A DNA stretch of 64,000 nt, taken from Podarcis vaucheri. Lineage: Eukaryota. Location: NCBI GenBank assembly GCA_965113315.1, contig OZ220377.1. One strand, given 5' to 3'. Below the pieces are notes generated by a model that worked only from the letters and a program-made list of their open reading frames with translations, was not told the origin of the DNA and did no database searches. The position numbers were made by a program, and so were the translations under genes. This document shows positions 53,001 to 62,567 of this stretch, piece by piece; the stretch's first letter is position 1; every line of letters begins with the position of its first letter.

Positions 53001-55742
53001 GAGCTGCTTATTTGAAGGACTCCTTTAGAAAAGAAAGAACAATATACTCAATAAAGTGGTTGGGACTGGATGTATGAAAAACCCAAGTTCAATTGTCTGG
53101 GCCTGGAAGCTAATCTTTCTCATTTATAAGCTATTTTTAAGAAATGAAGTGATACTAAAATGAGCCCCATACCCATTTCTCTTGAGCTTCTTTGAGACTG
53201 GGTAAAGCCAGTTCTCAGCCTTGTGGTTTATTAATCTTTGCTTAGTTACAGCAATTCCATGCACACATTTTCACATGTAAATAAATCTGAAAAAGACCTG
53301 ATTTAAAACCTGTTTACATAAAATTATTGCATCCAACTGCTAAATTCATGAGGGAGATGGCACCTAGCACTGTCTAGGGCTTACCTCAAACTGCTCAAGA
53401 GGCTCATTCAAAGAGGAGCAGAGGCAGGTGCCTTGTTATTAGGTAGGAGAAGGTAAGCAGCAGGTTGTATCAACCACAGTAAAATCATAAATAAGTGCTG
53501 CATAACTGTTTACAGCCTTTGACTAATCAAACAATCTATGGCCTTTTAAACTTTTAAACTGGGGGGGTTATTGTTTTTGTTTGGTATTATGTTATATATA
53601 TGTTATGAAATATTATATATAGAGAGTGTGTGTAATTTTATATTGTAAACCACTCTGTTATCCTTGGAAGAAAGGCAAAACAGAAATTCAATAAACTAAA
53701 CTAAACAAACAAACATAGGAAGCGGCCTTATATTGTCAGACCACTTAATCCATCTAGCTCAGTATTCTCTACAATGAATAGCAGGAGCTCTCCATGGTTT
53801 CAGGCATGCAACATTCCCAGTCCTACCTACCAATGCCGCTGGGGCTTGAACCAGGGACCTTGTGCATACAAGCTAGATGTTCTACCACTGAGCATCTAAG
53901 GCCATTCCCATAAGGAATGATTTTGGGGGACAACTGTATAACAACCTTCTTCAGTTTGGAGCCTTCCAGATGTTTTTGGACTGCAACTATGCACAACCAT
54001 ACAGGCTGGGGCTGATAGGAGTTGTAGTCCAAAAAGCTCTAGAGGCTATCAGATTGGGGAACACTGCTGCAAAGCAAGCTACTTAGCCAGCCTCCCAACC
54101 TAAGCAATGGTATTGTATTCCAATATCTGAAAGGCCAACAGATTGGACATCCCTGTTTTACAGGAATATAGGAAGGTAGGGAAAGTACTGAACAGAAGAA
54201 AGAGAAAACCATAGAATCATCTAATTGTAGAGTTGAAAGAGATTCCTGAGGATCATCTAGTCCAACCTCCTGCAATGCACGAATTTCAACCACATCAAAC
54301 ATAACAGATGGCCATTCAACTTCTGCTTAAAAACCTAGGTGGAAGGAGAGTCTACCGCCTCCCGAGGGAGACTGTTCTACTATCAAATACTGTAACTCTG
54401 TCAGAAAGTTATTCCTGATGTTTAGTTGGAATATCCTTTCCTGTAACTTGAAGCCATTGATTCAGGTCCTAGCCTCCTGACAGGTCTTTAGGTATTTGAA
54501 GATGGCTATCATATCTCCTGTCAGTCTCTTCTTCTCCAGGATAAATATGCTCTCTTAACCAGTGATGCCTGACCACCTTAGACACCCTTGCTTGCAGGGA
54601 GGCCGGCAAGCGGATAGAAGAGCGCCTGGCAAGGACACATCCCTACACAAAGTGCATTGCAACTGAGGCGAGATGGCTTCCCTGCAGGAGGAGTGCGGAG
54701 GCAGGCAGGATCGTGGCCCCGCGGCTTTGATAGTCGGGAGATGGGGGGGGGAGCTCTTCTTCCCCTCCCAGCGGGCAGAAATGCAGGTGCGAGCGGGCCT
54801 TGCCGCTCCCGCTCCCTCCCCGGCGAGAAGCGCGGATGCTTCCAAGGAGAGAGCGAGAGAAGGGAGAGGGTGACGCTGGCGTCCTCGCTCGCTCGCTGCT
54901 TCTCCCGCCCCGCCGTTCTTCGCGCGCAGCAGCAGCATCTCCTCCCGGGGAGGCGAGGTGGGCGTGCCTGTCAAGTCTCCCGCGGCGGCCCAGGCTGCTG
55001 GTTGCGAGGCGGGCACGAGGTGGGCGGATCCCCTCCGGGAGGTGGTGGTTGTAGAGGGGGGGGGGGTTGTTTAAAGAAAGCCTCCGCCTTCTCCCGCTCC
55101 ATCCATCCCGAGGCGGCTCGTTTCCCGCCGGGCGCGAGCGCAGGCACGCCCCCCATCTCCTGCCGCCCCGCGTGCGCGCGCGCTTCCCTCTTCCCCCGCC
55201 ACACACGCGAGCGAGCGAGCGCGCGTGCTAGGGAAGTCTCCCCCGCTAGCCCCCCCCCGCCGCACACATCCCGCTCCCTCCCCTTCCCTCCCCCGCGCGC
55301 CCGGCCGCCTGCTCCTCACCTCTCCACTGCCCGCCTCAGCACCGCAGGCCGCCCGGAACCGGCGCAGGTTGATGCCGATGGTGGCCGAGACCTGGAGCGC
55401 CGCGTCGAAGCCCGGCGCCACCCCGGCACTGGCCGCCGTCGCCGCTACCGAGGAGGCAGCGGCGGCGCCCGAGCCGGGAGCAGCCGCGGGTGGAGGCGGA
55501 GGAGGCGGCGGGCCGAGGGCGGCGGCGGCGGAGGCCGAGGAAGAGCCGCCCGCCCCGCCCCCTCCACCGCTGTTTCCCGCCGGCGCGGCCGCTCCTCCGC
55601 CGCCAGCCGGGCGCTCCTCGGGCGGCTCCCCGCGCAGGCTGCGCACGGCCGGTACCCGCACGCGGCAGCCCCCGAGCCCGCGGCGGCCCCAGCCACAGCT
55701 GCCGGGCCGGGCCGGGAAGCGCCACCGACCGCTGTGCGCCAT
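11974..55742 (-). CDS. KMT2A: Histone-lysine N-methyltransferase 2A (MLL1), 36 coding exons, 3973 aa
   Basis: All exons join in one open frame (11922 nt). Domains seen: menin motif [13 protein letters not shown] motif FIGF, three AT-hooks, CXXC, PHD1-3, bromodomain, ePHD, FYRN, taspase-1 sites, TAD, FYRC, Win motif GSARAE, SET/post-SET. Confidence 0.98.
13724..13853 (-). CDS. KMT2A: KMT2A exon 35 (SET)
   Basis: 130 nt; [37 protein letters not shown]. Confidence 0.96.
14282..14365 (-). CDS. KMT2A: KMT2A exon 34
   Basis: 84 nt; [28 protein letters not shown]. Confidence 0.95.
14607..14714 (-). CDS. KMT2A: KMT2A exon 33
   Basis: 108 nt; [18 protein letters not shown]. Confidence 0.95.
15228..15402 (-). 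CDS. KMT2A: KMT2A exon 32 (Win motif)
   Basis: 175 nt; [13 protein letters not shown]. Confidence 0.95.
15888..15962 (-). CDS. KMT2A: KMT2A exon 31
   Basis: 75 nt; [23 protein letters not shown]. Confidence 0.95.
16233..16403 (-). CDS. KMT2A: KMT2A exon 30 (FYRC start)
   Basis: 171 nt; [13 protein letters not shown]...[17 protein letters not shown]. Confidence 0.95.
16590..16655. repeat. Short interspersed repeat (probable LINE 3' end)
   Basis: ataccctgcccatctggctgggtttccccagccacactgggcggct is near-identical to 38017-38075. Confidence 0.6.
16768..16832 (-). CDS. KMT2A: KMT2A exon 29
   Basis: 65 nt; [21 protein letters not shown]; phases fit neighbours. Confidence 0.85.
17401..17484 (-). 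CDS. KMT2A: KMT2A exon 28
   Basis: 84 nt, phase 2-2; ...ASVEQPPP; donor AG|gtaagg. Confidence 0.82.
18078..22341 (-). CDS. KMT2A: KMT2A exon 27 (taspase-1 sites, transactivation domain)
   Basis: 4264 nt; QVD/GADD (20870-20890), QLD/GVDD (20714-20734), [19 protein letters not shown]. Confidence 0.96.
23246..23404 (-). CDS. KMT2A: KMT2A exon 26
   Basis: 159 nt, phase 1-1; ...RIRAPSF...[11 protein letters not shown]. Confidence 0.85.
24178..24338 (-). CDS. KMT2A: KMT2A exon 25
   Basis: 161 nt; [21 protein letters not shown]; GC donor CAG|gcaagt. Confidence 0.92.
24526..24604 (-). CDS. KMT2A: KMT2A exon 24 (FYRN)
   Basis: 79 nt; [27 protein letters not shown]. Confidence 0.95.
24702..24819 (-). 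CDS. KMT2A: KMT2A exon 23
   Basis: 118 nt; [20 protein letters not shown]. Confidence 0.95.
24955..25113 (-). CDS. KMT2A: KMT2A exon 22 (ePHD)
   Basis: 159 nt; RCEFC...GATVGCC...YHFMC. Confidence 0.95.
26049..26186 (-). CDS. KMT2A: KMT2A exon 21
   Basis: 138 nt; [25 protein letters not shown]. Confidence 0.95.
26317..27550 (-). mobile_element. Degraded CR1 LINE 3' part in KMT2A intron 20
   Basis: Reverse-complement CR1 RT/3' motifs (cttactgtcaagaaatt, catagtactccagatgaggtctgac, ttgcatttgtc, aaaatgctttgctg); no intact ORF. Confidence 0.7.
27661..27767 (-). CDS. KMT2A: KMT2A exon 20
   Basis: 107 nt; [15 protein letters not shown]; GAG acceptor. Confidence 0.9.
28166..28359 (-). CDS. KMT2A: KMT2A exon 19
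   Basis: 194 nt; [23 protein letters not shown]. Confidence 0.95.
28698..28771 (-). CDS. KMT2A: KMT2A exon 18
   Basis: 74 nt; [21 protein letters not shown]. Confidence 0.95.
29050..29160 (-). CDS. KMT2A: KMT2A exon 17
   Basis: 111 nt; [16 protein letters not shown]. Confidence 0.95.
29539..29712 (-). CDS. KMT2A: KMT2A exon 16
   Basis: 174 nt; [14 protein letters not shown]. Confidence 0.95.
30877..31061 (-). CDS. KMT2A: KMT2A exon 15
   Basis: 185 nt; [18 protein letters not shown]. Confidence 0.95.
31460..31573 (-). CDS. KMT2A: KMT2A exon 14 (PHD3)
   Basis: 114 nt; [38 protein letters not shown]. Confidence 0.95.
31918..32038 (-). CDS. KMT2A: KMT2A exon 13
   Basis: 121 nt; [12 protein letters not shown]...[10 protein letters not shown]. 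Confidence 0.95.
32359..32454 (-). CDS. KMT2A: KMT2A exon 12
   Basis: 96 nt; [25 protein letters not shown]. Confidence 0.95.
32516..32721. mobile_element. hAT-type MITE in KMT2A intron 11
   Basis: Perfect 16-bp TIR CAGAGCTTTCCAAACT / AGTTTGGAAAGCTCTG; 8-bp TSD ctttagat / ctttagac. Confidence 0.88.
32872..33018 (-). CDS. KMT2A: KMT2A exon 11 (PHD1/2)
   Basis: 147 nt; [16 protein letters not shown]. Confidence 0.95.
33552..33665 (-). CDS. KMT2A: KMT2A exon 10
   Basis: 114 nt; [38 protein letters not shown]. Confidence 0.95.
34228..34356 (-). CDS. KMT2A: KMT2A exon 9
   Basis: 129 nt; [11 protein letters not shown]. Confidence 0.95.
34969..35042 (-). CDS. KMT2A: KMT2A exon 8
   Basis: 74 nt; [23 protein letters not shown]. 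Confidence 0.93.
35395..35778 (-). CDS. KMT2A: KMT2A exon 7
   Basis: 384 nt; AVKKKEKK...APPPEV. Confidence 0.92.
36011..36075 (-). CDS. KMT2A: KMT2A exon 6
   Basis: 65 nt; [21 protein letters not shown]. Confidence 0.95.
36852..37086 (-). CDS. KMT2A: KMT2A exon 5 (CXXC)
   Basis: 235 nt; [28 protein letters not shown]. Confidence 0.95.
37308..37485 (-). CDS. KMT2A: KMT2A exon 4
   Basis: 178 nt; [16 protein letters not shown]. Confidence 0.95.
37971..38075. repeat. (AAT)n microsatellite abutting a short interspersed repeat
   Basis: AAT run 37971-38013, then a copy of the 16590 repeat. Confidence 0.85.
38459..41139 (-). CDS. KMT2A: KMT2A exon 3 (AT-hooks, SNL regions)
   Basis: 2681 nt; [14 protein letters not shown] x2, [26 protein letters not shown]. 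Confidence 0.96.
41791..41860 (-). CDS. KMT2A: KMT2A exon 2
   Basis: 70 nt; [12 protein letters not shown]. Confidence 0.95.
43456..43681. mobile_element. Tc1/mariner-type MITE (same family as 6916-7124)
   Basis: TA-CAGTGGTACCTC ... AAGGTACCACTG-TA; shared interior. Confidence 0.87.
43950..44016. repeat. Compound (CA)n(GA)n microsatellite
   Basis: Seen directly. Confidence 0.97.
45180..46060 (-). mobile_element. Possible degraded L1/Tx1-type LINE fragments
   Basis: T-rich blocks resembling reverse-complemented ORF2 C-terminal sequence; no ORF; family not verified. Confidence 0.35.
48813..48906 (+). mobile_element. Short SINE: tRNA-like head plus CR1-type tail
   Basis: A-box-like gatagctcagtgagtaaagca, then ggctagatgaccctcatggtcccttctaaccctatgattcta. 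Confidence 0.6.
50186..50323. mobile_element. Palindromic hAT-like MITE (diverged)
   Basis: cagggatagccaa ... ttggttatctctg ends; gagttgtagtcc core shared with ~53945-54066 and 63514-63640. Confidence 0.6.
53714..53910 (-). mobile_element. tRNA-derived SINE
   Basis: Reverse-strand A/B boxes (gctcagtggtagaac...ggttcaagccc) with a LINE-type tail. Confidence 0.7.
54210..54560 (-). mobile_element. CR1 LINE 3' fragment
   Basis: catagaatc...gatcatctagtccaacc...tctcttcttctccagg, the CR1 3' end in reverse. Confidence 0.75.
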
Positions 55743-56350
55743 CTTTACTGTGAGGCGACGAGCCAGAGAGCGGGGCCGGGCCGCGCCCGGGAACCTGCCT
55801 GGCGCACAACCCGCCCCTAGGGGCGCTGCAGACACGCGGCTCCCATCCAGGTTCCGGGGCTCCGCCAGAGCGCCGCCCCGCGCCTCGCCTGAGCCATGGC
55901 TCGCCGCAGCATCCGCGGCATAACAGCGGAGCCTATACAGGGGCCGGGGCCCCCGCCCGGGAAGCGGGACACCTCAAAAGCCCGGCCGGCCTGCGCGGCA
56001 TAACTTTGTTCGGCATGCTCGGCGCGGGGCCCTCGGCTGGGGCGGGCCTTCGGCTTCACTGCGGCCGCCTGGTCCGCCCAGTGGCCACTGGCGGGGACCG
56101 CAGCAAACGGCGGCGGCAGGAGCAGCAGCTGCTCCTACGGCCGCTCTTGCGAGGATGCCCGCCCGCGGCAGCCTCCTGCAACGGGACAAGGGCAGCAGGT
56201 GCAGCGCGGCTGGAGGCGCTGCAAGGCGGCCGCCCCAGATCAAGAGCAGGCGCGGGTGTGGCCTCGCTCACGCGCCAAAACTTAGCCTGGCGGCAAAACA
56301 GCAAAAAAAGGCGCTTAGGGAAAAGAGCATCCTGGTGGCGCACCCTGCTA
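54640..56350. promoter_or_regulatory. CpG island / KMT2A promoter
   Basis: Very high GC and CpG; YY1-type AAGATGGCG at the ATG; E2F-like TTTTGGCGCG (56271-56280, minus strand); GC boxes. Confidence 0.85.
55320..55742 (-). CDS. KMT2A: KMT2A exon 1 (menin/LEDGF binding)
   Basis: [14 protein letters not shown]...[20 protein letters not shown]...SGE; GAG|gtgagg; 423 nt. Confidence 0.95.
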
Positions 56351-56553
56351 GGCCTTTCTTCTTTCTAAGGGTGCAAGGCCAGCTTTGCCTTGCAACTGGA
56401 AGTCTCCGCTTCTCCGCCTCTAGTAAGGCTGCTCTTTTGCCCTCCCTTCTCTTCACTTGGCACCAGTGCGAATTGCCCCTCTGCGGGGGGGGGGGCAAGG
56501 AAAGCTTCACACACCAGCTTTGCTGATGAAACCCAAATTTGGCAGACGTATCT

Positions 56554-56844
56554 GGTTCAAATCCCCACGACGGGGTGAGCTCCCGTTGCTCGGTCCCTGC
56601 TCCTGGCAACCTAGCAGTTCGAAAGCACGTCAAAGTGCAAGTAGATAAATAGGTACAGCTCTGGCAGGAAGGTAAACGGCATTTCCGTGTGCTGCTCTGG
56701 TTCGCCAGAAGCGGCTTAGTCATGCTGGCCACATGACCCAGAAGCTGTACGCAGGCTCCCTCGGCCAATAAAGCAAGATGAGCTCCGCAACCCCAGAGTC
56801 TGTCACGACTGGACCTAATGGTCAGGGGTCCCTTTACCTTTACC
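56554..56844 (+). mobile_element. Sauria-type SINE, 5'-truncated
   Basis: Homologous to 7548-7879; (ACCTTT)n tail. Confidence 0.85.
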
Positions 56845-59800
56845 CGCATGCTGTGCAGGAGCTAAGTGGGAAATGGCATCACTTGTCCAACCTCCTGCTT
56901 CAGCTTAATGTACCCATTCTGGGACTAAAAGGAAGCCACCCTCAACGCCTTATAACAAAGGTGGTGGATATTCGGCTTTGTGGTTACCAGACGAAGCCCT
57001 CAATGGCCACATTTTCCATATTGGCCTTTCTTTAAAGACAGCCACAGCCTGGCAGACTAAGCAGCATAGGCCTAGCTGGACTGATGGTGTGACTCCCTCT
57101 TAAATTTCTGTAGCTGGGGAGGCTGGGATAGGCTAAGCCAAGGACTCGCCTGAATGGATTCCCTTGGACTGAATGTGCTGTTTGGGTGTCCATATATTGC
57201 TTTCGCCATTGCTGAAGGCTGGGCCTGCTCATCCATGAAAATCCAACACCCCCCTTTGTAACCATGAAAACTTTGGGGTGCTGGGCAATTCCCCATCTGC
57301 ACTTAACTGGTTAAGGAGAACACAGGGCAAATAATAACGGACCAGCAGGTCCTGTAGTCCAACCCCTAGATAGATGTTATTATCCAGGCATAACAAAAAC
57401 AAGACTCGATTTTGCTGTTGTACCACACAAACAACAGTATTATTGACCAGGCCAAGGTAATACAAACTCTATTCTCTGCCATGGACTTCTCTAGTGGCAG
57501 ACAGCGGATATGTAGCAAAGCCCTCCAGGGAGGTTGCCACCGCTAAATACAATCTGAGCTGCAGAAATCGGTGTTACCGTGCTGTTGTTGCTGCTTCCGA
57601 TCCCCTTCTGTGGTCTCTCAATCCTGGGGTCTCTCGCCAGCAAGCCACAATTAAGTTCCGTGTAGGCATTGCCTGCTGGGATGCTAAGCAACTACACTGA
57701 AACAATACTGTGATTTCTCAGCTGGAAACAGGTGGGGGAGGGGGGAGGAGAGGGAGGTTGGAAAGCCTCTGCACCAGAGACCCAAGTCTTTGTAAAGCTG
57801 TGCCAGTACTTAAGTTTGTGGTGCACATTCAGATTCCTGGGCCCTAGCAGAGAGCATTCCTTGCTGTCAAGCAAACTGGTGGGTTATTCTACAGCAACTC
57901 CATTATAAACATTAATATTCTTACCCACCTCTGTTTTAAAACTTTGGAGTCCTAGAAAGTGGAGTGCTGTAGTTCCAAACAAGGGCAAGGAAGGGAGCCA
58001 TCACTCCAGTCATGCACCTCTGAATATACATCCTTACAGACTGCACTCACCAGAAAGGGGTGGATTCCCTTGCCTTTCTTTTCCTGGATCATAAGCCCCA
58101 AGTGCTAACTCTGACAGCCTCCTCACAAACTGCAGAATGACGTTAAAAACTAGGATTGCCACCTCTATGGGTACAACCCATATTTGGCATAATTAAGCAG
58201 CACATTGTGCCACCTGGTCTGCTATTAGACTGTGCAACTAAGGCTCATCTTTCTCTAAAAACCGAGGCATTCCTTTGGCACAGATCCACATCTATATATA
58301 GCTGGACATTGCTAATGTATTAATAGTCAGGAAATGACTAAAGGGAAGACAACGTTTCTTAGGAGTTTTCGATCTATAAAAGACACTAAATTTCAAGGCT
58401 CAAAACCCACACTAACTTTACTGAGGATGCCTTGTTAAGGGGCACTACCATATATCCGATCCAAATAACTTTATTGTACTAGCCCCTGGCCATGACAAAT
58501 CTGAATCAAAAATAAATGCAAACAAAAGGGGTGTCGCGCTACAAATAATTGTCTCTTATTTGGATCTCTGTGTTTCCCTTACAGTTCGCTATGTTGTCCA
58601 GGGTCTTCTTTCTGATCTTTTTGGCAGCCAAAGCAAAAAGGGTCAGTGAAGCATTTACATCGCTAAGAAGCCATAGGACTTTCTCTGCCAGGGAGAGACA
58701 TCTTATACAGACAGTATAGTGAGAAATCGCCTCCTGAGTCCCACTACCATATAGACCAGGACACTTTGATCAAGATGTGTATTTTTGGCATTCTACCCAG
58801 TTTAGCAATGCTGTTGGACAAAAATGTTCCACTCCTCTTTGCAACACAGGAGACTGGAAGGACTGTGGCCATACTTGCCTTCAGGTGCTCCTGACTAGGA
58901 AAAGGATTAAATATTCATTTGGAATTCTGGTCTACTGTTTTTAGGAGCAAGCTGCAGTACAACAGCACATAAAAAGAAACGCCTGCTAAAACCTCATGCT
59001 CATTAACAACCAAGCTTCATCCATCACACTATGTTTCTTTCTGTAAGGTCTGTACTCCAGCAGACCTGCCAGAGTAAGGAAAGCCATAGTTTGCTGCACT
59101 TCCACACAAAGTTAAATACAAAGTCATGCAATAATGAGGTTATATTTAAAGCAAGGCAGGTTGAGTAAAGTTATCCTTCCAACAGCCCAGTCACATTGGT
59201 TTTCAAGGAATTAGCATGATAGGTTTGGTGGCTTTTTTAAAGACGTGAAACCACTTCCACAGCTGGCAGCACTAATCTGCTGCATTTATAAACGTGTCAA
59301 TGGTGTCATGCAGACCCTAGCACAGAGCTAAGGCCAGTTTAATGCTCACTCACTGCTAGGCAACCAAAACATTATTGAAGCATTAGTTGATCAAACACTA
59401 TTTAACGTGGGTACACAAATCAATCTTTGTTTCACAATTCCACCCCCCTTGCTATTAGTGACTCCACTCCATCTTAGGAAGCAACTAATATTTCAGAAGG
59501 CAAGTACTAGAAGTGGTGCCTGAGCAGGGCTTTTCTCAGTGGTTGCCTTGCCACTGAACACCTGGCTGGATGCAACCCAGTTAAGTTTGCCTCCTTCATA
59601 TTCTTTTAAGCTTTCTGGGAGGAGTAATTAATGCCCAAACAGTATTTTCACCCAGTACTTTAAGGATATGCTATTTTAAGTCATATTCTACTTGGTATTT
59701 AAAAAACCATATAAAAAAGTGAAGAATGGGTTTTTGCTAGGAAACTTATATTGTTGTAGGGTGCCCAAACCATAGAGCTTCAGAGGGAATCATCCCACCT

Positions 59801-59983
59801 ACCTGCAATTTTAGACTGAAACAGGATCCAGGAGAGGCCAAGGTTACAGTATTTGGGTAAACTGCCTCAAGAGCCTGGTATTTCTACAAATTCTAGCATC
59901 AGGACAGTATAAAGGCACTTCAAAATACAGGGCAACAATCAAGAGATACTCCCATTCACTTCCGTGTCATTCTTTGTATAGCA

Positions 59984-60156
59984 TTTATTTGAACAGCCAA
60001 CCACTGGTGCCCACCCTATCCCCCAATAGGAGGAGGAAGAGAAGGAGTATTTTAGGGATCCTTGTCTGCATTCATGTCACCATCATCTGATTCTGCCCCA
60101 ATCTGAATGTTATTTGTAGAGACCACCACAATTTCATCTCAGCACTGTAATTTAAT
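59984..60156 (-). terminator. Candidate ATP5MG polyadenylation signals
   Basis: Minus-strand ATTAAA at 60151-60156 and AATAAA at 59984-59989. Confidence 0.5.
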
Positions 60157-60191
60157 ACTACGACACTGTTAGGAGTAGAAACCAAAAACTT

Positions 60192-60290
60192 TCAAACATC
60201 ATAGCCAATCAGGCCACGTTTGCCTATGATTTCGCCGATGTAAAACCACATTAGCACTTCAGTAGCCACCAAGCCGTTCCTCAGCACTTC
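60192..60290 (-). CDS. ATP5MG: ATP5MG exon 3
   Basis: 99 nt; GxxxG motif GEIIG; TGA. Confidence 0.95.
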   Translation of the reverse strand, partial: EVLRNGLVATEVLMWFYIGEIIGKRGLIGYDV

Positions 60291-62567
60291 CTGAAAGAAA
60301 AGAGAAATATTTCACAACTTTTGCCACTTTAGCAAATCATCCCTCCAAATACGAACCCCATTCCAGAGGCTTCCTTATGATCTATGATAGGGTGCATTAC
60401 ACGGCACACTCTAGTTCCTAGAAAATATATGCGCCCATGCTTCCTCCACAGGATTGAGAAAGAAGGAACAGATATTTTAGCATTTCAGCTTGTGGCCCCC
60501 AAATTCATCCAAGATTCCAGCCTCAGGAATAGGAGCTCCTATGAACCAAGTAAAGCTTTGCAAGTTACATCACCTACGATAAAAGAATGAAAATGCAACT
60601 GCATGCCAGTTTACAAACAACTTTGAGACTATGACTGACTGTTGCAGGCATCACCGTTCTGGACAAAGAAGCAACCAGCCAGGATGAGGTCAGAGGCCCA
60701 GCCCACAATCTCAGGAGGTTTTTTTTTAAACTTTAATGATTTACAAGTTGTAATGTTTTAGAAGAGTCACAATGTTTGTATCAGGGTAAAGCACCAACAA
60801 GGTGTTCAGTTGGTCTTTTGCTTAATATTGACTGAATCCACTTTTTACATACAGCCAGATATAATCTATTATAGATATGAACAGCTATAGCTTAGGGTAA
60901 TGGCCTTTCACTTCTGGCTTGCAGTTACCTTGACAGTGAGCTGTTTGATGCGGCCAGTCTGCATGCTCTTCACCAATCCTTTCATGCCATCAATGGCCTT
61001 AGGAATTTCAGCAGGAGTTGGGGGAACCAATTCAACTTTAGCATAGTACAAAAAAGTGGCCAGGCGAGGCTTTGAATAAGTGACAGCAGCTGAAAGAGAT
61101 AAGAGTGGGATGAGATGAGAGCAAAAGCAGGTGTGCAAAGCAGACATCTACAAATCACCATAAACTAATGTCCCACTGTGCCAAAAGTGGCAGTTTCCTG
61201 ACAGCAGGTAAAACTACCGTCATTAAACACCTGCGTCCAGTGGGGGATCACTGCTCTCAATCTGCACACAATGGCCATTTAATATGAACTCTTGAGTGAA
61301 AAGTAGTCCAAATCCCCAGCACTGGCACATTTTTAAGCACCAGAGCAAAGCAGCACTTGGAATTTTTCCATCTCTCTAGGTAACTTTGCACACATAGGTC
61401 AAAACCTGCAGCATCCAAATATTCAGTGCCAGAACTCACTTGAGTGTTTAAGTACATTTAAAAATAATTTAAGCATTTGAAGTAAAGCAAAACAGTACAA
61501 TTCTGGTCCCTGCTGGCAACAATACTAAGTGCCTTTAACAGTTTGGAATACCATTCAATAAGTAAAGCTCCCACATAGGTGATGGTGACTAAGCATCATC
61601 TCTGTAGAGTTGCCATGTTGATAAGAATCCCTTCCCCAGCATGGCATTGTTTGCCAGGTGTCATCATGGTATGGTTCATGGGCGTAGCCAGGGGTAGCAG
61701 CTGCCCCCCCCCAAATCAAGTCAAGAAATAAAACAACTAAGAGTAGAAATTGGAGAAAGATTTTGACAGATTTATCTGAGCAGCTGGGATCAAAAGAAAA
61801 TAATTTAAAACAACTGTTGAGACATTTCAGCCCGAATCTGCTAAACAGAGCCAGACAAGAGGATGACAGGTCCTGCCCCCTCATAATGCTGACCACCTTC
61901 CACCCTCAATCCTGGCTAAGCCCATGATATTTTTTTAGATGCTAGGTTAAGACCGCCTTATTCTTCTGGGCATGCGAAGGTCAGTCCCACTGCATGCACA
62001 TCAAACAGTTTTATTGAACGGCTGCTTGATTAAATTTTATACATGTTCTGCCATGAGCTCCAGTATTACTTGCTGCACGGCATTACTGTGGGGTGGGATT
62101 TAAAGCCACAATGCGACTAAGCAGCAAACTCGTTCCTTTGGCAGAAGCCACGTCAGGACGTCAGGTTCCCTTAGGGCAATTCACCGGTTCGACGCAAGCC
62201 TCAAATGAAACTTATTCCCCGCCCTGCCTTCGGCCCCATAGCTCTCGGAGCGGCCGTCCCCAGCACCGAGGCTGGGGGAGGAGCAGCGGGAGTCGGGCAA
62301 AGCAAAGGGCCGCCCCCTGCCAAGAGAGGCGACGGCTCGTCGCCCGCCCCCTAACAGGAGGCAGGCTCCGTGGCCGGCGCCGCCTGCCCTTCCTCTTCCA
62401 GCGCGGACGGGAAAGCGGTAGCAGCCGGGCGAAAGAGAAGCGCTTCTTCTTCAGCTGTCCCTGAAGGAAACTCGCCCGAGCCGGCGCCCCACCCCTGACT
62501 GACCAGAGACAAGCTTGGGCCCTTGGGTGGTGATGGCCGTCACCAGCTTCTGCGCAGCCTGCGCCAT
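60192..62567 (-). CDS. ATP5MG: ATP synthase membrane subunit g, mitochondrial, 107 aa
   Basis: Exons 62504-62567, 60929-61089 and 60192-60290 join in frame: [30 protein letters not shown]...KQLTVKE...[18 protein letters not shown]. Confidence 0.96.
60929..61089 (-). CDS. ATP5MG: ATP5MG exon 2
   Basis: 161 nt; [15 protein letters not shown]. Confidence 0.95.
61677..61926. mobile_element. MITE in ATP5MG intron 1
   Basis: 16-bp TIR CATGGGCGTAGCCAGG / CCTGGCTAAGCCCATG (1 mismatch); no clear TSD. Confidence 0.7.

Noticed and set aside
53385-53431. Candidate 47-nt poison exon in KMT2A intron 1 (aag|GCACC...TTTGAG|gtaagc)
   Set aside because: Good donor, but a weak AAG acceptor with an interrupted pyrimidine tract and no other support.
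53830-53910. tRNA-like A/B boxes
   Set aside because: No intact cloverleaf and fused to a LINE-type tail, so a SINE head rather than a tRNA gene.
55811-55830. CTCF site in the KMT2A promoter
   Set aside because: One G short of the core spacing; reported only as a palindrome.
54657-55923. Long + strand ORFs (387 aa and 232 aa) antisense to KMT2A exon 1
   Set aside because: Low-complexity Arg/Pro/Ala/Gly translations expected from a stop-poor CpG island; no recognisable domain.
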